A stretch of 17,967 bases of DNA, taken from assembly GCA_038821645.1 (NCBI GenBank), contig JAWBDT010000008.1:1-17967 (forward strand), written 5' to 3'. Numbering within the stretch: position 1 is the first letter of the stretch; each line of letters opens with the position of its first letter. Position numbers and translations under genes: made by a program. Under the pieces are notes generated by a model that was given only the letters and a program-made list of their open reading frames with translations, did no database searches and was not told where the DNA came from. The DNA comes from Ignisphaera sp. (GTDB lineage: Archaea; Thermoproteota; Thermoprotei_A; Sulfolobales; Ignisphaeraceae). Positions 17,225 to 17,967 of the stretch are shown one piece after another.

Positions 17225-17513
17225 GTTTTTCACTTAATTAACTTAACTAACGAAACTCCTTTAAAAATTCTATGGCTAGCTTCTACATGATTTTTATATG
17301 ATTAATATAAGATAATGCCATTTGTTAAACAATAAATAGATAAAAATAGTCATGGATTTTATATGTATTCAACTTTATCTTAGAATTCAAAATGGAGTAA
17401 CATTACCTTAAATCTTTGTGTCACCTTCTCTTGCCAAAACTAGAAATTAAGTAACAAATAGTTCTTTGTATCCCTTAATAACAACGTAACAAGGTTTAGT
17501 AAATATAGATGTT

Positions 17514-17966
17514 TCAACTATACACTTTAGCTATAGGCTTTAATTCTATTCCTAAGTCTTTTGCTAATTCATCAACACCTTTGGCGAAGAATGCCCCTAT
17601 TATTACTAGCTTTGGCTTTAGGTTATGTACTTCTTCATATAATTTGCCTATTCTGTAGAGCTCGAGAAGATCACTTTTATCAACTCTTGATTTAACCTCT
17701 AGCAATATGTGTTCCCTATCTCTTATAACAATATCGACTTCAACAATAGAAGGTCTCTGGTAAACAACACCTTTATCGTCATAGTAAATCCATCGAGATA
17801 CTCTAGCAACACCTAGAGCTTCTTCAACAACATATTTCATAGCTTCTCTAAATCCTTCATCAGTTAGAATACCAAATCTATGAGCTATAGCATTCATAAT
17901 TCTACCGAGATCCCGTAACTCTTCTTCAACTCTTAGAACTCTTTCTTCTAATTTTGCAACTCTTTC
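17514..17966 (-). CDS. Coiled-coil (heptad repeat) protein with DUF3782 / PD-(D/E)XK nuclease-like C-terminal domain; 5' end outside the window
   Basis: Frame is open to the window edge (ERVAKLEERVLRVEEELRDLGRIMNAIAHRFG...), then E.FRE, EVDIVIRD...LLEVKS and ELYRIGKLYE. Confidence 0.8.
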   Translation of the reverse strand, partial: ERVAKLEERVLRVEEELRDLGRIMNAIAHRFGILTDEGFREAMKYVVEEALGVARVSRWIYYDDKGVVYQRPSIVEVDIVIRDREHILLEVKSRVDKSDLLELYRIGKLYEEVHNLKPKLVIIGAFFAKGVDELAKDLGIELKPIAKVYS

Positions 17967-17967
17967 A

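Noticed and set aside
1-17967. CRISPR array
   Set aside because: No regularly spaced 24-40 bp repeats with unique spacers were seen; the only exact tandem repeat noted is the 17-bp duplication at 6401-6434.

Overview
AT-rich archaeal window, probably a hyperthermophilic crenarchaeon (Desulfurococcales, Ignisphaera-like, judged from gene content and composition). Intact genes: tRNA-Arg(CCG), an nfnAB/sudBA transhydrogenase pair, a CysO-type O-phosphoserine sulfhydrylase with an N-terminal extension, a DUF2099 ('methanogenesis marker 8') protein, an archaeal AAA ATPase with an operator-like palindrome array, uppP, a complete pstSCAB-phoU operon and the 3' part of a coiled-coil/DUF3782 PD-(D/E)XK protein. 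The long gaps hold decayed genes the ORF track does not reveal: a vapBC pair, an NMT1/THI5-type ABC binding protein plus permease tail, a tRNA-linked integrase stub and a TnpB-like 3' tail. The main observation is a ~270-295 bp non-coding element present twice (167-465 and 16489-16762, ~96% identical). Each copy is bounded by CCT on both sides, lacks terminal inverted repeats, has offset sub-terminal inverted repeats, and interrupts a different gene whose local reading frame is restored when it is removed. This fits a non-autonomous, RNA-only IS110/IS1111-like element. All protein family calls are from recognition of motifs by eye; no searches were run.
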